DNA of 64,000 nt from the NCBI RefSeq assembly GCF_964194025.1, contig NC_134482.1:16492001-16556000 (forward strand), in the 5' to 3' direction. Positions 24,846-39,586 of this stretch are shown in pieces. Positions within the stretch are counted from its first letter, which is position 1; each line of letters starts with the position of its first letter. The translations under genes and the position numbers were made by a program. Origin of the DNA: Convolutriloba macropyga (lineage: Eukaryota). Below the pieces are notes generated by a model that worked only from the letters and a program-made list of their open reading frames with translations, was not told where the DNA came from and ran no database searches.

Positions 24846-27800
24846 ACAATTGTACAGTAGTGCATTTTTTAGATTAGATTGTCGGAAAGTTGGTTACACT
24901 CATATGATACGCTATGGCATCCGCGGTTCTATCGCCAGTCTACTTAATTTAGTAATTGATGAGAGTAGATTTTCGAACAATTATTCAGACTTCGCAAAGT
25001 GAAACATTCGCATATCAAGTAACAAGCGCTAATGACGATGCTCAACTTGACAACCCAGCAACAAGACTAAAAAAACAGATTTCCAAAAACGACTATTGAT
25101 GCTGAAATTGTCAAATTGCACACAAAAGGCTGCCCAAAAAAGTACCACAGAGCATAAAAACATAATAATTATACATATGTCGTGCAGATAAAAAATTGAA
25201 AAGCAACGGTCAGAAAAGCAACCTTCAACCCATTGATCTTCTCATGTACTTGAGTTGCAGTGCCCTTCCTCCAAAAAATCAAAAGAATAGCATGTACGCA
25301 TAGTGAGAAAAAAAGACGCTGACATCATAACAAAGGAACAAACTAAGATTAACTTTGCACTGCTGAGAAGCTCCATGTTTGGCATACGTGGAGCTCTCTT
25401 CCTCTAGCGTCATGCAGACGTCGAAGCATCAAGAGAAACCGTTTTTCAAAAAGGAGAGTACTTTTATAGGACATATAAATTGCAATGAAGCCTACAACGG
25501 CCCATGTTTCCCCAATTGCAAGTCCTCGTTAGCTAAGCTGCACATCACTAGCAAAAGTTTCCATAACTTTCCAGAATCAATGCTATTGTTCAAAATGCTT
25601 GAAGCAGATTGCTATTTTTAGTTGAAACAACTCTGCAAAATTAAAAATGTTTGAAATTATATTTTAATTATTAGAAACCAATTTTTAATTACCTCGCTCG
25701 TTTCGGAGAACTGTCGCAACATCCACGTTTTCTTAAGAAAAAATTCAGGAATTGGAGGTATTTTGTAGAATGTATTGCTCTGAAATGCAAGATGCAATAC
25801 GAGTTCGATGAACCCTGGCGCATTAATTTGAAACAAAAATTAGAAGAAGCAAGAGAGGGTCTGCAGCTGGAAATTGAAAAGATCTATAAGAGCGGCAAAA
25901 TTTTGATCGTACTGAAAAGTATAGTGTATTAGACAAGAATTTGGGCTTCACTTTGTTCAGTGACAGATTTAGCTAAAATTCTTTCTTTTTGTTCTCCAAT
26001 TTGTGAAGTGTTTACTTCACATAATGTTTTTCAGTCGTGTCAAGGAACTTTTGAAATGAAATCAAACTCAAGAAAGATATTCTTTGATGTATCTAGTATA
26101 TAATAGAACAAGAGTTTCCAATCTCCTTTATAACAAAAAGTTTACACTCTTTTACACAATTAAACCCTTAAAATGCATTTATAAAACGTGAATTGCCTGT
26201 TTTAGAAACCAATTTAATGAAATATTCGTTTCGTTCAATTTTTAGGTGAATCGACTCATAATCATCAGAAGAATAAAAGATTTTTTTTGGATAAACCAAG
26301 AAGCACATATACACCAAAAGTTGGGATAGAAAATGATCAATTTTTCGTATACGTCAAATTTATTCAAATTGCTCGTAAAATGGCTGAGTTCACAATGAAT
26401 AATCCTAATTAAAAATATCAAGGCATGAGCAAGTTGACGTGTGACTCAACGCAATATTACTTACGAAAACTGGTCAAACTATGTCCAAATTTTCTGCGTA
26501 AGTAAACTTGTCAGTTTATGCAAAATTAGTGCCATCCAACGTCGGCTTGTTATGCGTCGATTGATATAAAACTCAAACGAAATGGGTAAAAAATTTTTTG
26601 ACTAAAATTAAACTCTAGTACGAGCAGTTTCTCATATAAAATTGATATTTGACTGTTTCTTTGAGTGTCATAAGTCTCCTTTTTCATGTTCAATGAGGAA
26701 AAACTCAAAAACTCAGTTCTATTTTTTCTCCAAGTCGGCCAAAGGGTTTGTTGAAAAAATTCCACCCAATATGGAGGATTCTATTTGTACTAAAAGTAGA
26801 AATGGGTAAAAATTTCGAATATTCATAAATTATGAAAATAAAACCAATCGCTATACTGTTCTTTACCGATATTTGTAGAAAGTAACTGAGACAGATTTTT
26901 GGAAAACTATACGTCTGAGAATTAGTTGAGTTATCTGCTTCTCTATTAATTAACAAAACGTGCTATCAATTGTTTCCAGATCTTTTTGAGCTAAATTCGA
27001 CTTCAAAAAAATCTTACTTCATCTATTTAGAATATAACTGAACCAGATTTTGAGTCTGTTTGTGTTAAATAAATTAAGCTAATTCTCTGATTTTCATCTC
27101 CAAAAACGTTTCCCAATTGTGTCGAAATCATGTTGCAATAAAACCAAACCTCAATTGGATGTCTTCATATTTATGTAGCTGAAGAATTATTTTGAATCAG
27201 ATTTGTTACTGAGAAAGATAAACAAGTTTCATCCTGACAAACAAGTTTCATCCTTATAAACAAGTTTCATCCTGAAATAAAAGCAACCTCGATTTTGTTG
27301 CTTCCCTTTGTTTATAGAAAGTAACTGAGCCACAATTTTAAACAATTTTTGTCTAGGAATCAAATCAGTTATTTATATCTGTTGGTTTTCAATTAATAAT
27401 TTTTTTCACGAATGATATTCTCTAATTGTGTCAAAGAGTTACTGAAAACAAACCAAACATATAAGAATTTTTTTCTCCCTTGCATGTAGAAAATAATTTA
27501 TCAAGAACTGCGAGCCTATTTGCTACACTAAATTTATTTGTTTTTCCCGTTCTTATCTCCAATGAGCGAAATAACTTTTTCGAAAGCTTGTCGGGTCAAG
27601 GGGTTGTTCTTATGAAACGTTACTTAATATAAATTCGAGACGTAGTTGTTTAGATAAACAGGTAGCTCTTTCTCTCTTTTTGCTTTCCAAACTGTATTTT
27701 TCAGTTGGGTTAAAGACTTTTTGCAATGAAATCAAACGCAATATTGATCTCAGTCTATATAGGTATAACTTAATTGAGAAAAATATTGAGTTTAATTTCT

Positions 27801-28804
27801 ATATAAAATAGGATAATTTCTACCTTTTATTTCAAATAAAGGAAAAACTTGTTTGAAAAGTGATTTTAGTGAGTTCAAGTGGTTGTTGAAATGAAGTGCA
27901 TAGAAATGTGAAGCTTTCCTTATGTATTCAGGTAATTCCTGAAAAAAATAATTCTTCTTTGTTTAAGAGAAAACTTTCCTTCTTCTATTTCTGAATTTTC
28001 TAAAAAACAAAATTATTTGCAATCAGATAAATGGGTTGCTAAAATGAAATCAATTTCTATATTGTTGCGCTCCGATATATGTTTTCAGTAACAATAATAT
28101 TTAGAGTCATAATTTCACGCAATTGTAAAGCGAAGCAAATTATTAAATATAGTTGTGTAGTTTTAACATCAAATGAAAGTCTGCCCAAGCATGCAACTGA
28201 GATAAAAAGGAGAAATTCCCGTGAAAAATTACTCTAAAAACACTAGCTTGCAAAGGAAAGGGTTTATCAAATTTTAAAGACTGTCAAAATATGGACTGAA
28301 AAATTCAGAATCTTGGATCAATCCAAATTAATAACCAATTATTTAGATCAAGGATGGGAAAAAATTAACACATGATTAGCCAAAATTGATTTACAAAAAT
28401 CAATTTTATCCAAAAAATTGGATAACGATTCTGAAAATATTATAAATTTCACACAGAATAAAATAAAAGACATAAGATTTTGTTATTGGAAGAGAATAAT
28501 GGGCCGACATTTACGAAGCACAAATAAAATAAAAACTTTGCCCGAGAGAATGCAAAAGAAAATTCAAAAAATATTTGGTCAAGTTTTTATCTTAAAGATA
28601 TTTTTGTTATTATATTTCCTTAAGAAAACAGCATAAAAATAAGAAATTTTGTGAATCCACTCCAAATTGGAGATGAGTAAAACAAAAAATATTCCGACAA
28701 TTTTCAATTCTCCCAATTTTTCTCTATAAGTATTCTCACATTTCTTACAATTTTTAAAATAAGGATGGCATTTTTATTAATATACTCGACCTGGCATATG
28801 ATGG

Positions 28805-29306
28805 CCTGTGTTGAGAACTTCGTTGAGTTCAAACATAAGACATTGTCGGTTTTAGTTGGCTTTACTAATCCAAAACCACTCAAAACCCTCAAATTTTTTT
28901 CGTCGTTTTGATCGGTTCTGGTCGGTATTAAAACATAAGAAGCGTTGGTTTTTTCCGTTTTAAAGTCTTACAAAACGGACAGTCTTTGTCTGGATCCGAA
29001 CCTACAAAACAAGATTCATTACCACCTTTTTCTCTATTGCACCACCTCTCGCTTATTTTTCCTTCTTCTTTTGTATTTAAATCAAATTAAAACTGACGAT
29101 ACTGACAAAACACGACTATCATCGACACTTCTTACATAAAATACCAACAAAAAATTGCGCTAATCGACACTTCATAAATTAAATACCGACAATACCAACA
29201 AAATGACCATAATCGACAGTTCCTAAATGCAAAGCCGATGAAATCAACAAACTTCGACAAAAAATGACGCTTCTTGCGCCGATTGCATCGCAGTTTCTCA
29301 GCACGG
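28805..29306. mobile_element. MITE/foldback-like element (duplicated at about 34494-34995)
   Basis: Imperfect TIR cctgtgttgagaac / agtttctcagcacggg; inward-facing gtcgg / ccgac short-repeat arrays. Confidence 0.55.
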
Positions 29307-32300
29307 GTAAAGTAATAAAGTATCTATCAACCTATCTCGGAGAAGCTAATAAGTGTGAGGATTACGTTAAATTGACTACAACTGTAAAAATAGTAAAGAA
29401 ATAAGGTATATCTATCTCAATTGAGTAAATAAAGGTGAAAAATAATTCAAACCCAGAGGAGTTTTAAAATAGGATATATCTCTATCAATTTTGTAAATTT
29501 TCCATAAACCGAGTAGAAATGGCGAAAGATTGTAAAATTTTTGAAATATCTATTACATTAGTATAAGTAAGGGTTTTTTTTGAAAATCGCTAAGATTTAC
29601 ACTTTTTAGAGAGAGTGTAAAAGGAGTGAAATTAAAAGATTACATGCATTGTAGTTTTATCAATACACTCTCCTAACCCTTTCGCAATTATTTAGGTGTG
29701 GACTGGACATCACAACCTAATCCGTGCTAATTAGTTATAAAACTGGTGTCGAAGACAGACCGAGGATCACGAAAAAGAAAATATCGTCAAAACTGACATC
29801 GCGAACTTTGCCAAATGCTTGATGTTTTTTTAGGGTGACCTTTTTATTCAATCTTGGTTATTTTCCTCTGTGGGCAATAAATGTTATCAGAATTAAAGTG
29901 GGCAAAGGCAAAATTATGTAATTATGTATGATGAATGAAAACTATTATGTATAAGAAGTTGAAATAATTAGGAAAAATCCGAGTTTACTCACAGATCATT
30001 AGAGTGAATGGGTTCAAGTCAAGGTCCTAACTCAACGGCTTTAATAGAAAAAATTTGTTAGATGATGCTTGAAAATTGTCAAGTTGTCCACAATAGTTTT
30101 CGATTATCCTACATCAAATATACAATTACAAGCTTAGATAACACAAAAATTTTGCTTTTCAAATTGTTTCCTTGCCTTATGGTTTTCCGTATTCAAGGAT
30201 TGATCATAATTCCAATGTTTCTACTGTAGAAAACCTTCGCAAAGCTTCAATTTTACGTCAATTCATCTAAATTTACAGCTTTCGAAATGTGTTTTTTGCA
30301 AAACCAGGTCCTGCTTTTGATCTGCTTCAAAAAAACTCACATGTGAGGCTAAACTATCTTGTTACCCGCATATTAACGAAATAGTGAAAACCAATCGAAA
30401 TAGACCAGTACTTCGTTTGTGTATTTAAATGTAGATCTTGTTTTTCTGGCGTTTCCAAACCCACATTGTACATAATTCTAGCGTTTAATAGGTGGATCTT
30501 GCAAGTTATTTGCGTTTATAGTCATACATCTTGAACAGTTTAAGTATTTGTAGTTTACTTAAATAGTAGTTTTTGCGAGCAGATTATATTTAAATTTGGC
30601 GTCTTTAGGCGTAGGTAATGGATGATGTTGGGGTTTCCAAGCGTTCATCATACATAGTTCTCATGATTTTAAGCGTTTCTGCAGCACAGCTCTACTGCTG
30701 TAGCGCAGTGAAACTTTTTTCTAATTTGGTGCTATTATGACATCATTAGAACCCACCATTCATGTTTTCTCGCTTTATACTCATATTTTTGATTTAAACT
30801 TCATTTTTAATTTAAACTTCATGAATTGATACATCCCCTAAAAGTTATTAAGGCAAAATCCTAACGCTTTGTCATGGAAAATTACGCCAAGCGCGCTCCA
30901 TTTTAAAAAAAATAACTCAGACAAAATTATGTGATATCAGAAAACCGGCACACAAATTGCTTCAGATTATTCGAATTCTTCAAAATTTAAGGCTCTTGAA
31001 ATGCTTTTTTTGCAAAACCAAGGCGGGGTTTTTATCTATATAAAAAAATAAATTTGACAATTTGACAATAAAATTTCTTGTTATATAGATCTTGTAACCC
31101 GCATACTATCGAAAAAAATAAAAAACGATAGCAATAAATTTGTACTTCTTTTGCGTAATTAACTGTGGATGTAATTTAGCGTTGACGTTTCTAAACTTAG
31201 ATCTTACATAACTTTTAAAAAATTTTTAAAGCCTACGTCTTTCAAAATTTTTGAGTTTCTCACTATGGATCTTAAACAGTTTGAGATTTTGAAGCCTAAG
31301 TCTTACACAAATTGCCATTTATGAGAATATGCTTCCATAAGTTTGGTGTTTGAAGGCGTAGATCTTACGCAATAGAGGCGTTTCTACGCGTTCCTCTAGC
31401 ACTTATTCTGTCTCTGATACACTACCCACTGACCTAGTGGATGACTGTCACCTCTTCTCCCACCGTACCACCCAAACCGACTTTTCCTAAGAATATGTGC
31501 TTCGTAAATTGGAATTCAAAATCTCAAATTCTTACGCGTTGGTGAGTCCGTCAAATCAGTTGATTTGAGTTGGTTTGCGAAAATATAAACTCAATTTCTT
31601 CACCAACGCCTCCATCATGGCACCAACCCAAACCCTCTTACCGCCGATTCCTGCTTTTTCTTGCTTTCTATTTTCTTAAGCATATTTTGAGGTCAAAAAT
31701 TCACCTTCTAATATTGTATCGTAAGTGTATCTTTAAAAATTAAAAAAATTAGAAACGATGCAAAAAAATAACGCTTAGTTATGCAGGATGAACTATAAGA
31801 GACACTGAATCGTAAAAAATATTAAAATATGCCAAATTATGCCAAGAATATGAATAAATTAAGGTAATTCAAAAATTAAACAGTTGGTTATGAAAGATCA
31901 ACTATAAGAAAGACAAAATTAGTTAAGATCGATGCAAAAATAAGCCAAGCGCAATGCACCTTCAAAAATGGGTTTTGTCGGTTAAAGGAAGAGAAAGGTT
32001 TATGATATTTGAATCCCTGCCCAAGAACCGTTTCAGACAATTTTAATTCTTCAAAATTTTAAAGTTTTTAAAATTTTGTTCCAGAATACCAGGACTACCT
32101 GTTGATTAATTTCGAATTTGAGCTATGCAAAGCAAATGACTACTATTAAACAATCAAAACGCTTAGTTGTACAATATTGACGAAGAAACATAATTCAAGA
32201 CCCTACAATCCGCTTTCATATATCGCGAAACTAAAATGTTGACTAAAAATTGAATATTCATATCTAAGTGTCAAGAAAGAAATTGTACGTCCTTCTGTTT

Positions 32301-32325
32301 TCTTTCTTCTTTTGACCTGTCTCGT

Positions 32326-32476
32326 CTATTTGAGTTTTTTGATGAGTCTGAGTCTGATGTATGTGATGAGTAGAGACCCCACCATGATGCAAGTGAGACC
32401 CACTTGATTCTGCCAGTAGTCCCAATCTGTGCCGAACTTGATTCCTGCATCCACAAGATAGTCCTCCCCACTCTTC
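32326..32476 (-). other. Duplicated copy of the ABCG2-like terminal coding exon
   Basis: Identical to 38022-38172, including the TTTTAG acceptor and stop codon. Confidence 0.85.
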
Positions 32477-32500
32477 CTAAAAGAAATTTTCCTAAACGTT

Positions 32501-35500
32501 ATTTCGAATATTCATAAATTATGAAAATAAAACCAATCGCTATACTGTTCTTTACCGATATTTGTAGAAAGTAACTGAGACAGATTTTTGGAAAACTATA
32601 CGTCTGAGAATTAGTTGAGTTATCTGCTTCTCTATTAATTAACAAAACGTGCTATCAATTGTTTCCAGATCTTTTTGAGCTAAATTCGACTTCAAAAAAA
32701 TCTTACTTCATCTATTTAGAATATAACTGAACCAGATTTTGAGTCTGTTTGTGTTAAATAAATTAAGCTAATTCTCTGATTTTCATCTCCAAAAACGTTT
32801 CCCAATTGTGTCGAAATCATGTTGCAATAAAACCAAACCTCAATTGGATGTCTTCATATTTATGTAGCTGAAGAATTATTTTGAATCAGATTTGTTACTG
32901 AGAAAGATAAACAAGTTTCATCCTGACAAACAAGTTTCATCCTTATAAACAAGTTTCATCCTGAAATAAAAGCAACCTCGATTTTGTTGCTTCCCTTTGT
33001 TTATAGAAAGTAACTGAGCCACAATTTTAAACAATTTTTGTCTAGGAATCAAATCAGTTATTTATATCTGTTGGTTTTCAATTAATAATTTTTTTCACGA
33101 ATGATATTCTCTAATTGTGTCAAAGAGTTACTGAAAACAAACCAAACATATAAGAATTTTTTTCTCCCTTGCATGTAGAAAATAATTTATCAAGAACTGC
33201 GAGCCTATTTGCTACACTAAATTTATTTGTTTTTCCCGTTCTTATCTCCAATGAGCGAAATAACTTTTTCGAAAGCTTGTCGGGTCAAGGGGTTGTTCTT
33301 ATGAAACGTTACTTAATATAAATTCGAGACGTAGTTGTTTAGATAAACAGGTAGCTCTTTCTCTCTTTTTGCTTTCCAAACTGTATTTTTCAGTTGGGTT
33401 AAAGACTTTTTGCAATGAAATCAAACGCAATATTGATCTCAGTCTATATAGGTATAACTTAATTGAGAAAAATATTGAGTTTAATTTCTATATAAAATAG
33501 GATAATTTCTACCTTTTATTTCAAATAAAGGAAAAACTTGTTTGAAAAGTGATTTTAGTGAGTTCAAGTGGTTGTTGAAATGAAGTGCATAGAAATGTGA
33601 AGCTTTCCTTATGTATTCAGGTAATTCCTGAAAAAAATAATTCTTCTTTGTTTAAGAGAAAACTTTCCTTCTTCTATTTCTGAATTTTCTAAAAAACAAA
33701 ATTATTTGCAATCAGATAAATGGGTTGCTAAAATGAAATCAATTTCTATATTGTTGCGCTCCGATATATGTTTTCAGTAACAATAATATTTAGAGTCATA
33801 ATTTCACGCAATTGTAAAGCGAAGCAAATTATTAAATATAGTTGTGTAGTTTTAACATCAAATGAAAGTCTGCCCAAGCATGCAACTGAGATAAAAAGGA
33901 GAAATTCCCGTGAAAAATTACTCTAAAAACACTAGCTTGCAAAGGAAAGGGTTTATCAAATTTTAAAGACTGTCAAAATATGGACTGAAAAATTCAGAAT
34001 CTTGGATCAATCCAAATTAATAACCAATTATTTAGATCAAGGATGGGAAAAAATTAACACATGATTAGCCAAAATTGATTTACAAAAATCAATTTTATCC
34101 AAAAAATTGGATAACGATTCTGAAAATATTATAAATTTCACACAGAATAAAATAAAAGACATAAGATTTTGTTATTGGAAGAGAATAATGGGCCGACATT
34201 TACGAAGCACAAATAAAATAAAAACTTTGCCCGAGAGAATGCAAAAGAAAATTCAAAAAATATTTGGTCAAGTTTTTATCTTAAAGATATTTTTGTTATT
34301 ATATTTCCTTAAGAAAACAGCATAAAAATAAGAAATTTTGTGAATCCACTCCAAATTGGAGATGAGTAAAACAAAAAGTATTCCGACAATTTTCAATTCT
34401 CCCAATTTTTCTCTATAAGTATTCTCACATTTCTTACAATTTTTAAAATAAGGATGGCATTTTTATTAATATACTCGACCTGGCATATGATGGCCTGTGT
34501 TGAGAACTTCGTTGAGTTCAAACATAAGACATTGTCGGTTTTAGTTGGCTTTACTAATCCAAAACCACTCAAAACCCTCAAATTTTTTTCGTCGTTTTGA
34601 TCGGTTCTGGTCGGTATTAAAACATAAGAAGCGTTGGTTTTTTCCGTTTTAAAGTCTTACAAAACGGACAGTCTTTGTCTGGATCCGAACCTACAAAACA
34701 AGATTCATTACCACCTTTTTCTCTATTGCACCACCTCTCGCTTATTTTTCCTTCTTCTTTTGTATTTAAATCAAATTAAAACTGACGATACTGACAAAAC
34801 ACGACTATCATCGACACTTCTTACATAAAATACCAACAAAAAATTGCGCTAATCGACACTTCATAAATTAAATACCGACAATACCAACAAAATGACCATA
34901 ATCGACAGTTCCTAAATGCAAAGCCGATGAAATCAACAAACTTCGACAAAAAATGACGCTTCTTGCGCCGATTGCATCGCAGTTTCTCAGCACGGGTAAA
35001 GTAATAAAGTATCTATCAACCTATCTCGGAGAAGCTAATAAGTGTGAGGATTACGTTAAATTGACTACAACTGTAAAAATAGTAAAGAAATAAGGTATAT
35101 CTATCTCAATTGAGTAAATAAAGGTGAAAAATAATTCAAACCCAGAGGAGTTTTAAAATAGGTTATATCTCTATCAATTTTGTAAATTTTCCATAAACCG
35201 AGTAGAAATGGCGAAAGATTGTAAAATTTTTGAAATATCTATTACATTAGTATAAGTAAGGGTTTTTTTTGAAAATCGCTAAGATTTACACTTTTTAGAG
35301 AGAGTGTAAAAGGAGTGAAATTAAAAGATTACATGCATTGTAGTTTTATCAATACACTCTCCTAACCCTTTCGCAATTATTTAGGTGTGGACTGGACATC
35401 ACAACCTAATCCGTGCTAATTAGTTATAAAACTGGTGTCGAAGACAGACCGAGGATCACGAAAAAGAAAATATCGTCAAAACTGACATCGCGAACTTTGC

Positions 35501-38202
35501 CAAATGCTTGATGTTTTTTTAGGGTGACCTTTTTATTCAATCTTGGTTATTTTCCTCTGTGGGCAATAAATGTTATCAGAATTAAAGTGGGCAAAGGCAA
35601 AATTATGTAATTATGTATGATGAATGAAAACTATTATGTATAAGAAGTTGAAATAATTAGGAAAAATCCGAGTTTACTCACAGATCATTAGAGTGAATGG
35701 GTTCAAGTCAAGGTCCTAACTCAACGGCTTTAATAGAAAAAATTTGTTAGATGATGCTTGAAAATTGTCAAGTTGTCCACAATAGTTTTCGATTATCCTA
35801 CATCAAATATACAATTACAAGCTTAGATAACACAAAAATTTTGCTTTTCAAATTGTTTCCTTGCCTTATGGTTTTCCGTATTCAAGGATTGATCATAATT
35901 CCAATGTTTCTACTGTAGAAAACCTTCGCAAAGCTTCAATTTTACGTCAATTCATCTAAATTTACAGCTTTCGAAATGTGTTTTTTGCAAAACCAGGTCC
36001 TGCTTTTGATCTGCTTCAAAAAAACTCACATGTGAGGCTAAACTATCTTGTTACCCGCATATTAACGAAATAGTGAAAACCAATCGAAATAGACCAGTAC
36101 TTCGTTTGTGTATTTAAATGTAGATCTTGTTTTTCTGGCGTTTCCAAACCCACATTGTACATAATTCTAGCGTTTAATAGGTGGATCTTGCAAGTTATTT
36201 GCGTTTATAGTCATACATCTTGAACAGTTTAAGTATTTGTAGTTTACTTAAATAGTAGTTTTTGCGAGCAGATTATATTTAAATTTGGCGTCTTTAGGCG
36301 TAGGTCATGGATGATGTTGGGGTTTCCAAGCGTTCATCATACATAGTTCTCATGATTTTAAGCGTTTCTGCAGCACAGCTCTACTGCTGTAGCGCAGTGA
36401 AACTTTTTTCTAATTTGGTGCTATTATGACATCATTAGAACCCACCATTCATGTTTTCTCGCTTTATACTCATATTTTTGATTTAAACTTCATTTTTAAT
36501 TTAAACTTCATGAATTGATACATCCCCTAAAAGTTATTAAGGCAAAATCCTAACGCTTTGTCATGGAAAATTACGCCAAGCGCGCTCCATTTTAAAAAAA
36601 ATAACTCAGACAAAATTATGTGATATCAGAAAACCGGCACACAAATAAATTGCTTCAGATTATTCGAATTCTTCAAAATTTAAGGCTCTTGAAATGCTTT
36701 TTTTGCAAAACCAAGGCGGGGTTTTTATCTATATAAAAAAATAAATTTGACAATTTGACAATAAAATTTCTTGTTATATAGATCTTGTAACCCGCATACT
36801 ATCGAAAAAAATAAAAAACGATAGCAATAAATTTGTACTTCTTTTGCGTAATTAACTGTGGATGTAATTTAGCGTTGACGTTTCTAAACTTAGATCTTAC
36901 ATAACTTTTAAAAAATTTTTAAAGCCTACGTCTTTCAAAATTTTTGAGTTTCTCACTATGGATCTTAAACAGTTTGAGATTTTGAAGCCTAAGTCTTACA
37001 CAAATTGCCATTTATGAGAATATGCTTCCATAAGTTTGGTGTTTGAAGGCGTAGATCTTACGCAATAGAGGCGTTTCTACGCGTTCCTCTAGCACTTATT
37101 CTGTCTCTGATACACTACCCAGCACTGACCTAGTGGATGACTGTCACCTCTTCTCCCACCGTACCACCCAAACCGACTTTTCCTAAGAATATGTGCTTCG
37201 TAAATTGGAATTCAAAATCTCAAATTCTTACGCGTTGGTGAGTCCGTCAAATCAGTTGATTTGAGTTGGTTTGCGAAAATATAAACTCAATTTCTTCACC
37301 AACGCCTCCATCATGGCACCAACCCAAACCCTCTTACCGCCGATTCCTGCTTTTTCTTGCTTTCTATTTTCTTAAGCATATTTTGAGGTCAAAAATTCAC
37401 CTTCTAATATTGTATCGTAAGTGTATCTTTAAAAATTAAAAAAATTAGAAACGATGCAAAAAAATAACGCTTAGTTATGCAGGATGAACTATAAGAGACA
37501 CTGAATCGTAAAAAATATTAAAATATGCCAAATTATGCCAAGAATATGAATAAATTAAGGTAATTCAAAAATTAAACAGTTGGTTATGAAAGATCAACTA
37601 TAAGAAAGACAAAATTAGTTAAGATCGATGCAAAAATAAGCCAAGCGCAATGCACCTTCAAAAACGGGTTATGTCGGTTAAAGGAAGAGAAAGGTTTATG
37701 ATATTTGAATCCCTGCCCAAGAACCGTTTCAGACAATTTTAATTCTTCAAAATTTTAAAGTTTTTAAAATTTTGTTCCAGAATACCAGGACTACCTGTTG
37801 ATTAATTTCGAATTTGAGCTATGCAAAGCAAATGACTACTATTAAACAATCAAAACGCTTAGTTGTACAATATTGACGAAGAAACATAATTCAAGACCCT
37901 ACAATCCGCTTTCATATATCTCGAAACTAAAATGTTGACTAAAAATTGAATATTCATATCTAAGTGTCAAGAAAGAAATTGTACGTCCTTCTGTTTTCTT
38001 TCTTCTTTTGACCTGTCTCGTCTATTTGAGTTTTTTGATGAGTCTGAGTCTGATGTATGTGATGAGTAGAGACCCCACCATGATGCAAGTGAGACCCACT
38101 TGATTCTGCCAGTAGTCCCAATCTGTGCCGAACTTGATTCCTGCATCCACAAGATAGTCCTCCCCACTCTTCCTAAAAGAAATTTTCCTAAACGTTATTT
38201 CG
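32501..38202. repeat. Tandem segmental duplication, copy 2
   Basis: Differs from copy 1 by about 6 substitutions and +4/+3-nt indels (counted by eye). Confidence 0.97.
38022..38172 (-). CDS. ABCG2: ABCG2-like half transporter, terminal exon (join 51784-51660, 47071-46917, 46510-46421, 43889-43822, 38172-38022)
   Basis: KSGEDYLVDAGIKFGTDWDYWQNQVGLTCIMVGSLLITYIRLRLIKKLK* parallels the ABCG2 end GEEYL..QGI...W.NHVAL.CM...AYLKL..LKK. Acceptor TTTTAG|G (phase 2). Confidence 0.85.
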
Positions 38203-38410
38203 GTATCTGCTGGAAGCAACAATCTATTAGTAGATTATTCTTAGTAGATTGAGCATAATCACGGAAGGACAAGATGACGTAACAAAATGATCTCTGATCA
38301 GATTCGGAAACGCTCGAAATTTCCATGAGCAAGAGGTGTGTTCGAATTGAATTCTCATCAGACCTACATGCGCTATACCGTTTCTCATCAGACTATTATG
38401 CGCTCAAATG

Positions 38411-38482
38411 TTTGGGTCTTTCCCATTATAGCCAAAATGAGGCACTATAATTTCATGGGGGCTATAATGGGAAAGACCCAAA
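38411..38482. repeat. Perfect 23-bp inverted repeat (hairpin or mini-MITE)
   Basis: tttgggtctttcccattatagcc ... ggctataatgggaaagacccaaa. Confidence 0.85.
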
Positions 38483-38699
38483 TGTTTCTGATAAGAACAT
38501 TCTTATAGTATCCGTATACATTAATCTCATAAAAGTTAAAACAAACGTGTCCTTTGTAAAACGCTGAAATTACATGACCAGACTTTCAATGACATTCGCC
38601 ATTTTGAAAACTGCAGTTTCATGCAAGGCTACGTGACTATGCAGAAATCATGTCGCTACGCGTTTCTCGATAAACTTCAGAAGTTGTTGGTGACGTTAA

Positions 38700-38880
38700 G
38701 CAGAGTCACATAAACTATAATTAAAACACTCACGTTCACATTTTTAAAAGGCCGAAAGTCTGAAGTGACAGAAGTTAAAATACCGGAAGTTGCTACTTAG
38801 CCAGAAGTTGACTTCCGTTGACTTTCGTCATTTTAAAACGTGCGCGTTTAGTGTTTTAAGCATGGTTAAGTGACTCTGCA
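38700..38880. repeat. Imperfect ~60-bp inverted repeat (palindromic element)
   Basis: gcagagtcac...ttaaaacact...gaaagtc / gactttcg...agtgttttaa...gtgactctgc. Confidence 0.65.
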
Positions 38881-39586
38881 GAAGTCACTTCGAAATTCTG
38901 ACTTAATATCTCGAACCGCTTCGCGGTTCTCGAAAAACGCCAGAAGTTCTCAGTGACTTCAAGCTGGGTCACGTAACCATTACTTCATGGTTTTGCAGAA
39001 CAGTTTAAAAGAAGTTCAATTACACTGGGCAAATAGTGCCCAAAAAGCTGTAAATTTTAAGTAATGATTTTTTTTTTCATTATTGCATGATTCCGGTGCA
39101 AGCGATTGGAACTATTAGTTTTGATCTCAGCCAAAAAAACGACTAGGTTATGTAACCAGAAAATTTCTACTGTGCGCTTTCTGCAGAATCAACAACAGTG
39201 TATAGTTAACAAGAAATTCTTTTCTGGAAATTTTTCAGATATTTGGTCCAATCAGAGGTACTTAAGATAAACATGGTCTCTGATCAGACCCACTCGCGCC
39301 CAATTTGTCTCCGATCAAGCCCCATATTGGTTGAAAAGGTCTAAAACAAAAACCCATTACTCTCAAAAACGTTTCTGATCAAAACTATTTGCTCTCGCAA
39401 TCGTCTATGAGCAGAACCTCTTGCGCTGGAAATAGTCACTTCCAAGAGAAATTTACACTCGAGATTTCACTAGGCCTCACGATTTTCCCAAATTGTCTTC
39501 GGTTACACCCACTGTACTTCCAATTAATATCTGATCAAACACACTTTTGCTCGAAATTACTTCTCGTCCGACACAATTGAGATGTA

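Larger units (their letters stand above)
26812..32500. repeat. Tandem segmental duplication, copy 1 (5689-bp unit)
   Basis: Near identical to 32501-38202; ORF pairs are offset by 5689 and 5696 nt. ATTTCG microhomology at 26812, 32501 and 38197. Confidence 0.97.

Noticed and set aside
24900-25900. Coding-like stretch with scattered Cys motifs
   Set aside because: Too decayed to assign; no recognisable motif set.
28418-34828. Identical ORF pairs (72, 62 and 64 aa)
   Set aside because: AT-rich ORFs with non-ATG starts, repeated only because of the tandem duplication.
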